Assembly: GCA_965197965.1 (NCBI GenBank)
Contig: OZ240235.1
Span: forward strand, 549,820 to 613,819
Reading direction: 5' to 3'
From: Dehalococcoidia bacterium
GTDB lineage: Bacteria; Chloroflexota; Dehalococcoidia; Lucifugimonadales; QGNO01
DNA: 64,000 bases
Program-made: the position numbers and the translations under genes
Notes under the pieces: model-generated
What the model was told of the DNA's origin: nothing
What the model saw: only the letters and a program-made list of their open reading frames with translations
Databases searched by the model: none
In this document: positions 46,254-55,300 of the stretch, piece by piece
Position numbering within the stretch: the first letter of the stretch is position 1
How the letters are laid out: each line of letters opens with the position of its first letter

Positions 46254-46303
46254 GGAACTTACGACCTCCTCCGCTGTCCCCACGTAGAGCGGCGGCCTGT
46301 GAT

Positions 46304-46957
46304 TCCGCTTATCGTATGGTTCTTCTTACGCATCTACCCATAAGAACACTAGAGCCCCTTCATCGATTTGGTAAGTGCCTAATCACACTGTCGCGGCAGC
46401 AATTTTGTTAGCTTTTAGAGAGTGTGTTTCTGCAACTTTTTGCTCTTGCTAACATAGACGGAAGTGGCTAGATTGGTAGTCATCTACAGACCGCCGTGAC
46501 CGCCAAACACTCCATGGTCTCACGCGCATACCGGAGAGCAGATGTCTCAGCCCGCCTGCGTCTGGCGGAACTGGCGCACCGGCCTTCGGGTTGCCCGGAG
46601 CGATATGTCGTGTATGCGCCGCTATTCCTGCCGCAAAGGCCGGGGGCAGGCCGGCGCGAGGTCGCTGCGCCAGTTCCGCCGGCGGTCCAGTGTCATCTGA
46701 CCGGGCTCCGGCGTCGCTTCGCACCAGGGTTGGGTTGGATATTGGAATAGGGGCCTGACTTGATGAAGGCAGCGTTCGGCGCAATACAGACGCGGGTTCT
46801 TCAGATGCTCTGGCTCGACCCGGGCGAGGCATCGTACGCCGCCAAGGTCACGGTGTGGCTACGCTGGCTATTCTGGGTCGGCGCCGTGATCGAACTCGCC
46901 TATCGCCCGACGTTCACGCAAGCGAAGTACATTCCGTTCATGCTCATGCATGTGCCG
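46304..46957. repeat. Conserved intergenic cassette, copy B (long form, includes duplicated kinase 5' end)
   Basis: It is collinear with 62260-62876, with high identity in the core and in the kinase N-terminal coding part, and a patchy middle. The rightward promoter candidate is TTGCTA (46446-46451), 17 nt, then TAGATT (46469-46474). The leftward candidate is TTACCA (46374-46369), 17 nt, then TAGTGT (46351-46346). Confidence 0.8.
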
Positions 46958-47056
46958 GTGGGCGGACGAGAGACCACGACTCAGGGTCACCAGTCCGGGA
47001 CCGAACCCCTGCTGGACGGGCTAGATGCGGTTCAAGTTATTCAATCACCACTGTAG
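46760..47056 (+). pseudogene. Truncated duplicate of the sensor-kinase N-terminus
   Basis: MKAAFGAIQTRVLQMLWLDPGEASYAAKVTVWLRWLFWVGAVIELAYRPTFTQAKYIPFMLMHVP matches the first ~65 aa of the 62681..63892 kinase. It then diverges and stops. No HisKA or ATPase part is present. Confidence 0.75.
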
Positions 47057-47130
47057 GGACAAGTAGTACCGGGGAGAGACGGGAGGCAGGCATCGCAATC
47101 AGGGAGTTCATACGTGGCCCAGGCCTGACC

Positions 47131-48267
47131 ATGAAGGCGGCCAGGTTGTCGTTGTCGTTGTTGGCAGTAGTCGGAGTACTTCTAACGCTGCTCATCCTTC
47201 TTACTCCACAGGGACGGACCGCGTTCCATACCGCGTTGTTCGTCATGCAGGTGTTGGAGATGCCGGTGCAGGCCCAGTCCTGGTTTACGGACGAACCGTT
47301 GCGGCATAGAGTGCACTTCCCCACCTCCAGCGGCGCGTCTGAGGCTGAAGTGTACCGTCTGCCCGACGGGAATCTCCAGCCTGCGGTGGTGCTCTCTCTA
47401 GGAGTTGCCAATGAAGGGTTTAGCGATCCCCGCGTGGTCAACCTTGGCAACGCACTTTCGCGGGCTGGCGTAGTCGTGATGATCTACTGGTCACCGGAGA
47501 TGGCCCTGCGCCATCAACTCGACCCCGACGAACCTGATAAACTGGTGTCGGCATACCTCTATCTGGCGGAGCAGGACTACGTGGACCCGGAATGGGTCGG
47601 CATAGGTGGGTTCTCCGCCGGGGCAGCCTTCGCCTTGATGGCTGCTGCCGACCGCCGAATCAGAGACCAGATTTACCTGGTCAATGTCTTTGGCCCCTAC
47701 TTCGATGCGGAGACACTGCTACTCCAGGCGACTTCCCGGTCCGTAGTCTACGAAGGAGAGCAGCGTCCGTGGGAGCCTGACTGGCTCGTCATGCAGGTTC
47801 TTGCCACCGAGCTGATTGAGGTCCTGAATAATCCCGAAGAAGCGGCCCTGCTGACTCGCCGCTACGTGGACGGCTATACTATCTCATCCGAAAAGTTGGG
47901 CGGGCTGTCTTCTCAGGGCAAAGTGATAGTCCGCCTACTGGACGGCGTATCTCTTGAGGAGGCGAAGACCCTTTATGGACTGCTGCCATCCAGCAAGCGA
48001 CGGGAACTGGCACAAATCTCCCCGGCCACCTATATCAGTGATGTTCGCGCCAGAGTGCTGGTGCTTCATGACTACAACGACAATATGGTGCCGTCCTCCG
48101 AATCCAGGCGCTTGATGGAGGCGTTAAAGAGCCGGGGGAATATTCGCTACACCGAGGTTCGATCCTTCGACCACGCCACCGTGGGTCGCAGCAACGTGCT
48201 GGCTTATCTTGGGGATGCGGCCCGTCTTTACTGGCACATGTACGAGATATTGCGAGTCGCTTCCTGA
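47131..48267 (+). CDS. Alpha/beta hydrolase (membrane-anchored; S9/dienelactone-hydrolase-like)
   Basis: The track ORF is open from 46855, but MKAARLSLSLLAVVGVLLTLLILL (ATG 47131) is a plausible signal anchor. The nucleophile elbow is GIGGFSAGAA (GxSxG). Late D and H candidates are VLHDYNDNMV and FDHAT. Confidence 0.7.
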   Translation: MKAARLSLSLLAVVGVLLTLLILLTPQGRTAFHTALFVMQVLEMPVQAQSWFTDEPLRHRVHFPTSSGASEAEVYRLPDGNLQPAVVLSLGVANEGFSDPRVVNLGNALSRAGVVVMIYWSPEMALRHQLDPDEPDKLVSAYLYLAEQDYVDPEWVGIGGFSAGAAFALMAAADRRIRDQIYLVNVFGPYFDAETLLLQATSRSVVYEGEQRPWEPDWLVMQVLATELIEVLNNPEEAALLTRRYVDGYTISSEKLGGLSSQGKVIVRLLDGVSLEEAKTLYGLLPSSKRRELAQISPATYISDVRARVLVLHDYNDNMVPSSESRRLMEALKSRGNIRYTEVRSFDHATVGRSNVLAYLGDAARLYWHMYEILRVAS

Positions 48268-48422
48268 CCGTCTCGGATTGACCGATGGCCCCTGCAGGAA
48301 CGACGAGCCGCCAAGCCAACCCTGACGTGACAGAAACCTTGTCCTGTGAGTGAGTGTATCTCGACCTACGGACTAGACCGGCATTGGAGAGTCAGACCTG
48401 AAGTGAAGTCAACCGTACAGCT

Positions 48423-51041
48423 ATGAAAGATGCAGCTTCGCAGAGATTCAGTACCTTTCTGGAGAGGCGCTCCGGCTGGATAGTATTCGGGGTTCTCGTA
48501 GTAACCCTGCTGCTTGTCATACCTCTCATAGCCCTCGCGCCGGACGAGCAGGCTTCAACAGAGCCCGGCGGGCCCGTTTTCGACCTGCGCGATCAGGTAG
48601 ACGAGCGCTTTCCCCCTGCACTCTACGTCCCGACCTACATGCTGGAATCTCTCGACGGTCCGGATGGCGACGTCTTGATCCAAGCTGCCCTGTGGGAGCT
48701 GTACCAGAATGAGAATACCCTCCGCCGGGCCGACGAACGCGGGGAGCTGCGCCCCCCCAAGCTGGAGGCCCAGCCTCATTTGTACCGGGGCAACAACCCC
48801 AGCACCCAGCACCCCATGCACGGAATCTTCACCGTCGCCGACGCGGTTCAGGCCGTCCTCGCCGAAATGGGCACTGACCTTGAACGCGCCAGCGACGATG
48901 AAGTCAAGCTCGCCCTCCACTACGTGCTTCTCGAGGACTCGCCCACATCTAGTCTGCTGAGGTCCTTATCGGAGATGGCCTCGTTCACTCTGGAGGAATC
49001 GGAGGACATCGGGCAGTACAGGCGCTGGCGCTCTCCAGCCATCATTATCTTTGTAATGGCCGAAAACAGCCGGCTGGGCGGGGGACCGCTGACCATAAAC
49101 ATCGGAGGGGACGACACCGCCATACAGAAGGAGCACTTTGGCCGAAATGTACAGAGAATCCTAAGAGGCGAAGAGCGGAACTATCGACTTTGGGGCGTCG
49201 CCATAGACCCAAACCTGGAATCTCAGGATCAGGGACGAATTGCCATCCCCTTCATCTTCGCAACCGTGGTGGCCGTTCTGGTGGTAATCGGGATAAGCCT
49301 GCGCTCCTGGCGGGTGGTGCTCCTTACAGCCGTCGGCCTGACAATGCTCATCCTGTGGCTCAAGGGAATATCGAACCTCCTTGGCCTCAAGGGCGGCTTA
49401 GTCGTGGAACTGATCGTGCCCATCGCCATGATCTCCCTGGGAGTCGACTTCGCCATTCACGCCCTGCACCGCTATCGAGAGGAGAGGAGCAGAGGACTTG
49501 GACCGCGCATGGCATTGAGAGCGGGATTCGCAGGCGTAATGGGTGCGCTGGTGCTTGCTATGCTCACAGACGGAATGGCCTTCTTCTCCAACACTGTTTC
49601 AGGCATAGAATCAATAGTTGGGTTTGGAATCGCCGCTGGTATAGCCGTAATGTCCTCCTTCATTATCATGGGTATATTCGTGCCCCTGGTGTTCATGCGG
49701 ATGGACGCGCGAAGTGAAACCGGGCAGGCCAACTCTGAGCCGGTATCCGATCCAGGTCCTTCTGCGAATAGCAGCCAATCCAGCAGGGCTCTGAGCGCCG
49801 AGTGGGTTGTGGCGAGACTAGCTCGGAGTTGCTTCATTGTGCTCCCTGTGGTGGCGGTATTGACCGGGGTAGCCCTGCTTTTCGCCAGCAGGCTAGAGGC
49901 GCAGCTGGACGTCAAGGACTTCTTCGATAGCGACTCGGACTTCGTGGTTGGACTGGACAAGCTTGACCAGCACGCTGGGGCCACCCAAGGCGAGCCGGGG
50001 ATCATCTACATAGAGGGCGACCTGTCGGCCAGCGAGTCTCTTGAGGCACTCAGAGAGCTTCAATCAAAGTTGAAGGCCAACCCCTACGTGGCCAAGGGCG
50101 TCGATGGAGAGCCCACTCTATACAGCACGACGGTCTTTGAGTTGATGGAGCGTCTCATCGGCAGCGAGTACGCCCTTTACCAGGTGGAGCTTGTAACGGA
50201 GCAGGCCATCACGGACACGGACGGCGACAAAATGCCGGACACCCAGGCCCAGATCAGGGCTGCCTTCGACTACATTGTAGACCGAGGCGTTCCACTGGAC
50301 GAGTCGACTTTGGCTTTCACGCCGTCCCAGGTTCAGGGGAGCCTATTCCACGATCCCTCCGGACATGACCCCGATGCTCTCCAAATTCGCGTTGGCCTGC
50401 CCGGCACCAGGGAGCAATCTTTGGTATCCGGGGCGCGGCAGGCCGTCGAGGCTAACCTGGAGTTTCTTGAGGACGTGCCCTCTATCTCCGCGGCTGGTCT
50501 CACCGGCTCAGCCTTAACCAGGGCTGCCTCCCTGGATGCGGCTGTGCGCTCCCTGCTCATCTCGCTGCCCATTGCCGTGGCGTCCTGCTTCCTGGTGGTG
50601 GCGGTGTTCATGCGCTCAGTGCGTTATGCCATCGTGACCATCATCCCCATAGGCCTGGTGGTGACCTGGCTGTACGCCATGATGCACCTGATGGGATTTC
50701 ACCTCAACTTCGTGACGGCCACCATCGGGGCGGTCTCCATCGGAGTCGGCGTGGACTTCTCCATCCACATGACCCAGCGGTTCCGGGAAGAGATGGGAAG
50801 GGTCGGCGATGGAATGCGCGCGATGGAGCGGACCGCGAGAGGCACGGGGACAGCCCTCATGGCGTCGGCAGGGTCAAGCATCTGCGGATTCGCGATCATG
50901 GCCCTTGCTCCCATGCCCATGTTCTCCGCCTACGGCATTCTCACCGCCGTCATGGTCTTCATGGCGGCCGCAGCAGCCCTGCTGGTCCTGCCGTCCCTGC
51001 TGTTGCTGGTGACCCCCGAACCCCGACAGGTGGATGGTTAA
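48423..51041 (+). CDS. MMPL/RND-superfamily transporter
   Basis: 872 aa. It has two 6-TM bundles, each preceded by a large soluble domain. GVDFAIHALHRYREE and GVDFSIHMTQRFREE are the duplicated MMPL-type motifs. Confidence 0.85.
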   Translation: MKDAASQRFSTFLERRSGWIVFGVLVVTLLLVIPLIALAPDEQASTEPGGPVFDLRDQVDERFPPALYVPTYMLESLDGPDGDVLIQAALWELYQNENTLRRADERGELRPPKLEAQPHLYRGNNPSTQHPMHGIFTVADAVQAVLAEMGTDLERASDDEVKLALHYVLLEDSPTSSLLRSLSEMASFTLEESEDIGQYRRWRSPAIIIFVMAENSRLGGGPLTINIGGDDTAIQKEHFGRNVQRILRGEERNYRLWGVAIDPNLESQDQGRIAIPFIFATVVAVLVVIGISLRSWRVVLLTAVGLTMLILWLKGISNLLGLKGGLVVELIVPIAMISLGVDFAIHALHRYREERSRGLGPRMALRAGFAGVMGALVLAMLTDGMAFFSNTVSGIESIVGFGIAAGIAVMSSFIIMGIFVPLVFMRMDARSETGQANSEPVSDPGPSANSSQSSRALSAEWVVARLARSCFIVLPVVAVLTGVALLFASRLEAQLDVKDFFDSDSDFVVGLDKLDQHAGATQGEPGIIYIEGDLSASESLEALRELQSKLKANPYVAKGVDGEPTLYSTTVFELMERLIGSEYALYQVELVTEQAITDTDGDKMPDTQAQIRAAFDYIVDRGVPLDESTLAFTPSQVQGSLFHDPSGHDPDALQIRVGLPGTREQSLVSGARQAVEANLEFLEDVPSISAAGLTGSALTRAASLDAAVRSLLISLPIAVASCFLVVAVFMRSVRYAIVTIIPIGLVVTWLYAMMHLMGFHLNFVTATIGAVSIGVGVDFSIHMTQRFREEMGRVGDGMRAMERTARGTGTALMASAGSSICGFAIMALAPMPMFSAYGILTAVMVFMAAAAALLVLPSLLLLVTPEPRQVDG

Positions 51042-51097
51042 AGCAAGGCAGGACTGCCCCACGAGAAATAACCGCCGGACATCCCTGGCAGCAGCCT

Positions 51098-51191
51098 TAT
51101 CACACTGTCGCGGCAGCAATTTTGTTAGCTTTTAGAGAGTGTGTTTCTGCAACTTTTCGCTCTTGCTGACATAAACGGAAGTGGCTAGATT
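51098..51191. repeat. Conserved intergenic cassette, copy C (right half only)
   Basis: ATCACACTGTCGCGGCAGCAATTTTGTTAGCTTTTAGAGAGTGTGTTTCTGCAACTTTTCGCTCTTGCTGACATAAACGGAAGTGGCTAGATT is near-identical to copies B and D. It retains the rightward promoter candidate TTGCTG (51163-51168), 17 nt, then TAGATT (51186-51191). It lacks the leftward half. Confidence 0.8.
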
Positions 51192-51329
51192 ATCGTTCAG
51201 GCCCTGGCCGACGTCCCTCGCCCATGCTAAGACAGGCTCTGTTAGCCGCAGTTTCTCAGCTCCGCTCGCTGCCCAGGCACGGTAATCGTCAAGCTTTGCC
51301 CGGGGCGTTCTCAAGTCGCTCGGTGATGA

Positions 51330-51407
51330 ACTTGCGCTGAATACGTCGAAGGGCGATTCGGCCCCGGTTCGGGACAATGGTACGAAGCCCAACTCGTCTA
51401 TGATCAA
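51330..51407 (-). pseudogene. Short IS21-family IstB (helper ATPase) fragment
   Basis: The minus-strand sequence MIIDELGFVPLSRTGAESPFDVFS resembles the Walker-B region of IstB (..IIDE(L/W)GY.P......LF.(V/L)...). The remainder of track ORF 51132..51407 does not look like IstB. Confidence 0.35.
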
Positions 51408-51491
51408 CAGCTTGAGCCGGGACAGTTGTCTTTGCAGAACTGGCGTCTCCGCATTGCTATACCTGATTGTTCCCCTACCGCGGACTGCGGT

Positions 51492-52322
51492 CTACCGCCG
51501 CCGTCTACGGACATACGCCACGACGACGCCTACCACGAGGACTATCCCGGCAACCACCAGGACGATCAACCATGCCGGCGCGCCGCCGCTCGACTCCTGT
51601 GCTGGAGGGGTCGGGGGAGCGGCCGTCGCCGGGGCGGCCGTCGGTTCGGGCTCAGGCGTGACCGTCGGTTCGGGTTCGGGCGTGGCCGTCGGTTCGGGCT
51701 CAGGAGTGGCCGTAGGCTCAGGCTCAGGCGTGACCGTTGGTTCGGGCTCAGGAGTGGCCGTTGGTTCGGGCTCAGGAGTGGCCGTAGGCTCAGGCTCAGG
51801 AGTGGCCGTAGGCTCAGGCTCGGGCGTGGCCGTCGGTTCGGGCTCGGGCGTGGCCGTCGGCTCGGGCTCAGGCGGTGGCGGTGGCGGCGGTGGTGGCCCC
51901 ACCCGCAGCATCGTGTCGCCCGAAATAGTCCGCTCCTCGCGGTCTTCATTCTTGACGACGCCCGAGAAGGTGTACTCCCCTTCGGCGCTTGGGACGGTTA
52001 GGACATAGGTGAAGGCTGGGTTGCCAAGCAGGTTGAACGAAACAGTCTGCCCGTTGACCTCAACTTGGAAGTCGTCAAGGCTCGTGCGGACGTAGGTGAA
52101 TCCCGCCGGCAGTTCTTCGACCACCTGGCCGATGGGACCGTAGTTGCTGGCGGTGATTGTGACCCGGAATTCGCTGCCGGGCGCCGCCCAGTCCTGCTGA
52201 AAGGTCCTGGTGGCGTTGTGGGATTGCGCCTCCACGCCGTCGGGCTGCGCCAACAGCACGACGGCGCCCACCATGGCGGCGATTGCCAGGGCCGCAATTG
52301 CTCCAATGGGAGTTCGGATCAA
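51492..52322 (-). CDS. Membrane-anchored surface protein: beta-sandwich domain + Pro9 + (PEPEPTAT)x~10 linker + C-terminal TM/Arg5 anchor
   Basis: 276 aa. It has a signal peptide, a ~110-aa domain (EFRVTITASNYGPIGQVVEELPAGFTYV...YTFSGVV), PPPPPPPPP, then PEPEPT(A/V)T repeats. It ends SSGGAPAWLIVLVVAGIVLVVGVVVAYVRRRRR. It lies 39 nt downstream of the 3236-aa gene on the same strand. Confidence 0.7.
   Translation of the reverse strand: MIRTPIGAIAALAIAAMVGAVVLLAQPDGVEAQSHNATRTFQQDWAAPGSEFRVTITASNYGPIGQVVEELPAGFTYVRTSLDDFQVEVNGQTVSFNLLGNPAFTYVLTVPSAEGEYTFSGVVKNEDREERTISGDTMLRVGPPPPPPPPPEPEPTATPEPEPTATPEPEPTATPEPEPTATPEPEPTATPEPEPTVTPEPEPTATPEPEPTATPEPEPTVTPEPEPTAAPATAAPPTPPAQESSGGAPAWLIVLVVAGIVLVVGVVVAYVRRRRR
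51636..51872. repeat. 24-bp tandem repeat array (~10 units) encoding PEPEPTAT
   Basis: The units are GGTTCGGGCTCAGG(C/A)GTG(A/G)CCGT(C/T/A), imperfect and contiguous without spacers. The array lies inside CDS 51492..52322. Confidence 0.9.
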
Positions 52323-52361
52323 TTTGTCCTCCTTTTTGCCTGCGTTACGCCTCTGCCCCCA

Positions 52362-55300
52362 CTACACAGCAAAATAGCGCGCGACGAGCGCCAGAACGTC
52401 GTTCTTCTCTATGAGGCCGGCGAAGTAATCGGAAACCGCCGCTAGAACCTCGTCTTTCTCAATTGTTCCGTTGCGATTGAAGTCGTAGCGAATGGCCGGC
52501 GGCTCAGGCTCGGTGACCCGTATGGACACCCCGATTTCCACGGTGATGGTGGACCCTCCGACCCGGGCGACCGAGGCGCGCAGCGTGACATCGTAGGTAT
52601 CCCCCTCCTCCAGCGACACTTCCTGACCGACGCGAATCTGACCCGTACTCTCGTCGACAGTGAACTTGGTGGAGTCGGTCCCGCTCAGCAAATATGTGAA
52701 GCCAGAGTAGGTGGGGTGCGTTGCGACCAAAGGCTTGCCCACGGCGTCGCCGGGCCGCGCGCTCGCCGGCAGCAGGCGTGTCGTACTGGAGCCTTCGGCA
52801 AAGCTCGGCGGATCGACCTCCGGGACGGTTACGCCACCACCTCCTCCTCCGCCACCACCTCCTCCGCCGCCACCCTGCGGCGGCCTTGCGGAAGAGGCAG
52901 CGGTCACCGTTATGGTCACCTCGATGGTGGCGTCCGAGGCGCTGGACTCGTTGTAGCCCCCGTCGAAGCCGTCGTGGACGGACACCATCACTTCGTAGGT
53001 GTTGTCACCGTCCGGGTCCGGGTCGTGCTCGAGGACATCTTTCGTCCGGATCTGGCCGGTGGCCGCATCGATGTCGAAGGCATCACCGTCTGTCCCGCTC
53101 AGCGAGTAGGTCAGGACATCGCCCTGGTCGGCATCGGTGGCTCTGACACGCGAGCCGACGTTCCGGCCTGACGCCGTGCCCGCAGAAACTTTGCGAGTTA
53201 CCGGCGCCGTCTCTGTGAACTCGGGCGCCGTGTTCGCTGCGGGCCGTGTATCGCCGACCGGCGACGACAGCACGGCAGAAGCCGTCTTGTTGCTACCCCG
53301 GCGGTCCTCGTAGGAGGCGCTTGCCCGAAGGTACTGGTTGGCGTCGTCGGCAGTGACCGTGTAGCTGCTCGACGTTTCGCCGGCGATGTCCGTCCAACTG
53401 CTCCTGCCGTTGGGCGACCGCGCCCACTGCCACGTCTCGCCGGTGACGCCGCCATCGTCGTCGGTCAGGACGGCCATGAACTCTGTCAGAACGTTCACCC
53501 AGCCTCGCGGCGGGGTGATGACTACCGCTCCCTCTTCCTCCGCGTCCGTCACCGTGACGGTCACGTCGAGCGTCCCTGACAGGGGTGTTGTCACGTCGTC
53601 GTCGGTGGCGGTGACCGTCACCTGGTACGACGTCTGAGTCTCGTAGCTGGGCGGCGTGCGGAAGTACAGCTGGCCGCGCTGCGAGATCCAGAAGTCGTCG
53701 CTGCTCACCGACCACGTGAGCGTGTCGCGCTCCGGGTCCGTGCCGGTGTAGGTCGCGATAGCCCGGTTGGCGTCCTCCTGGTAAGACACCGTCGCGTCGC
53801 CCGTGACCTCCGGCGCCTCGTTGACGTTGGTCACAGTGATGGTCACGTTTTGACTGTCGTCGATCGCGTCCATGTCGTCGTCGCCGTTCTGGTCCCTGCC
53901 GTCGGTGACTTCCACGGTGACGCGGTACGTCCGCTTGTCCTCGTAGTCCAGTTGCGCACCCGCCGCCAAGCTGATCTGCCCCGTGCTGGAGTCGATGGTG
54001 AACGACGCCACGTCCGTGCCGCTCAATGAGTAGGCAAGCGGGTCATTGACCGCCGAGTCGCCGGCGTTCAGATCTGTCGCCGCCACCGGGGTTCCGACAG
54101 CCGAGTCCTCCGCGGAGTTCTCCTCCACTTCGCGCCGGCCGTCCTCCGTCGAAGGGAAGACAGGCTCCGAGTTCACCGGCGGCGGGTCTCCCACGCGCGC
54201 CGATACGGCGTTGGCCGTCTTGTTCGGGCCGTGCCCGTCCGTGTACGACGCCGTGGCGCGGATGTAGTTGCCCCGGTCCTCCTCCAGCGTTGGCGTGTAC
54301 GCGGCAAGCGTGGCGCCCTGGATGTTGACCCAGTCCGTCCGCCCGTTCGGGGAGCGCGACCACTGCCAGGTGACGCCGGAGGGAATGTCGTCGTCCTCGA
54401 GCGCCGCCGTCACTTCCACGCGGGCCTGGATCGACTGGGTGTCGGTGGTGAGCGTTATCGTCCCGGGCTCTTCCACGTTCTCCACCGTGATCGTGACCGC
54501 CTGCGTATCGTCGATGGTGGTGGACGTGGCGCCGGAGCCGTCCCGCCCGTCGTGCACCTCGATGGTGAAGCTGTAGCTGGGCTTTGTCTCGTAGTCCAGG
54601 TCGTCCTTCACCCGGATCTGGCCCGTCGTCTCCACGATGGTGAAGGCGGCGGCGTCCGAGCCAGTCAGTGTGTACGTCAGACTGTCATTCTCCGAGTCGT
54701 CGGCGGCCACGGGAGCGCCGATGTTCGCGCCCGCCCTGCTGTTCTCGGGCACGGTGCGCTGGCCGGTTTCGGTGGACGGGAAACGAGGGCGCCGGTTCTC
54801 GCTCGGAACGGGGTCGTCCGTGACCGCCTCCGCGCTCTTTCCGGCGCCGCGCCGGTCCGTGTACGTGACGGTGGCCCGCAGGAAGAAGTCCTCATCGGCC
54901 ACGGTTGGCGTGTAGCTGCTTGACGTGGCCCCCGAGATGTTGGTCCAGCCGGTGCGCCCGTTCTCGGACCGCGCCCACTGCCATATCTCGCCGGTGACGA
55001 CGCCGTCGCCGTCCTCGAGGGTTGCGGTCAACGGCATCCCCGTCTCCGGCTCATCGGTCGAGAGGGTGACGACCCCGTCCTCCTCCACGTCCACGACACT
55101 GATGGTCGCCGACCTGGTGGCGTCGATCGAGGAGTCGTCGATCTCGGCGTTGTTTGCGTCAACGCCCTTGCCGTCGTGCAGCGTCAGGTAAAAGAACAGG
55201 GGTCCCGGCGTCGTTTCGAAGTCCAACGCCTGGGCGAGCCGGACCTGCCCGGTGGACGGGTCGATCTCGAAGTATGCGGAGTCTCCTCCTGACTGGATGC

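Noticed and set aside
46496-46750. A conserved small ORF in the cassette leader. It starts MTAKHS(M/L)VSRA(Y/N)RR(A/G)DVSA in both copy B (46496..46750) and copy D (62450..62650).
   Set aside because: The three nucleotide differences within the shared first ~20 codons are all non-synonymous. The frames diverge completely afterwards and have different lengths (84 vs 66 aa). The start is GTG with no obvious RBS. Conservation is better explained at the DNA/RNA level.
51636-51872. A regular short repeat array, considered as a CRISPR array.
   Set aside because: The units are contiguous with no spacers, have a 24-bp period, lie inside a continuous ORF encoding PEPEPTAT, and have no cas genes nearby.
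52833-52874. The Gly14 run, considered as a homopolymer or assembly artefact.
   Set aside because: It is encoded by a mixture of GGC, GGT and GGA codons, so it is not a simple nucleotide homopolymer. The reading frame is maintained into a further cadherin-like unit and the dockerin-like tail.
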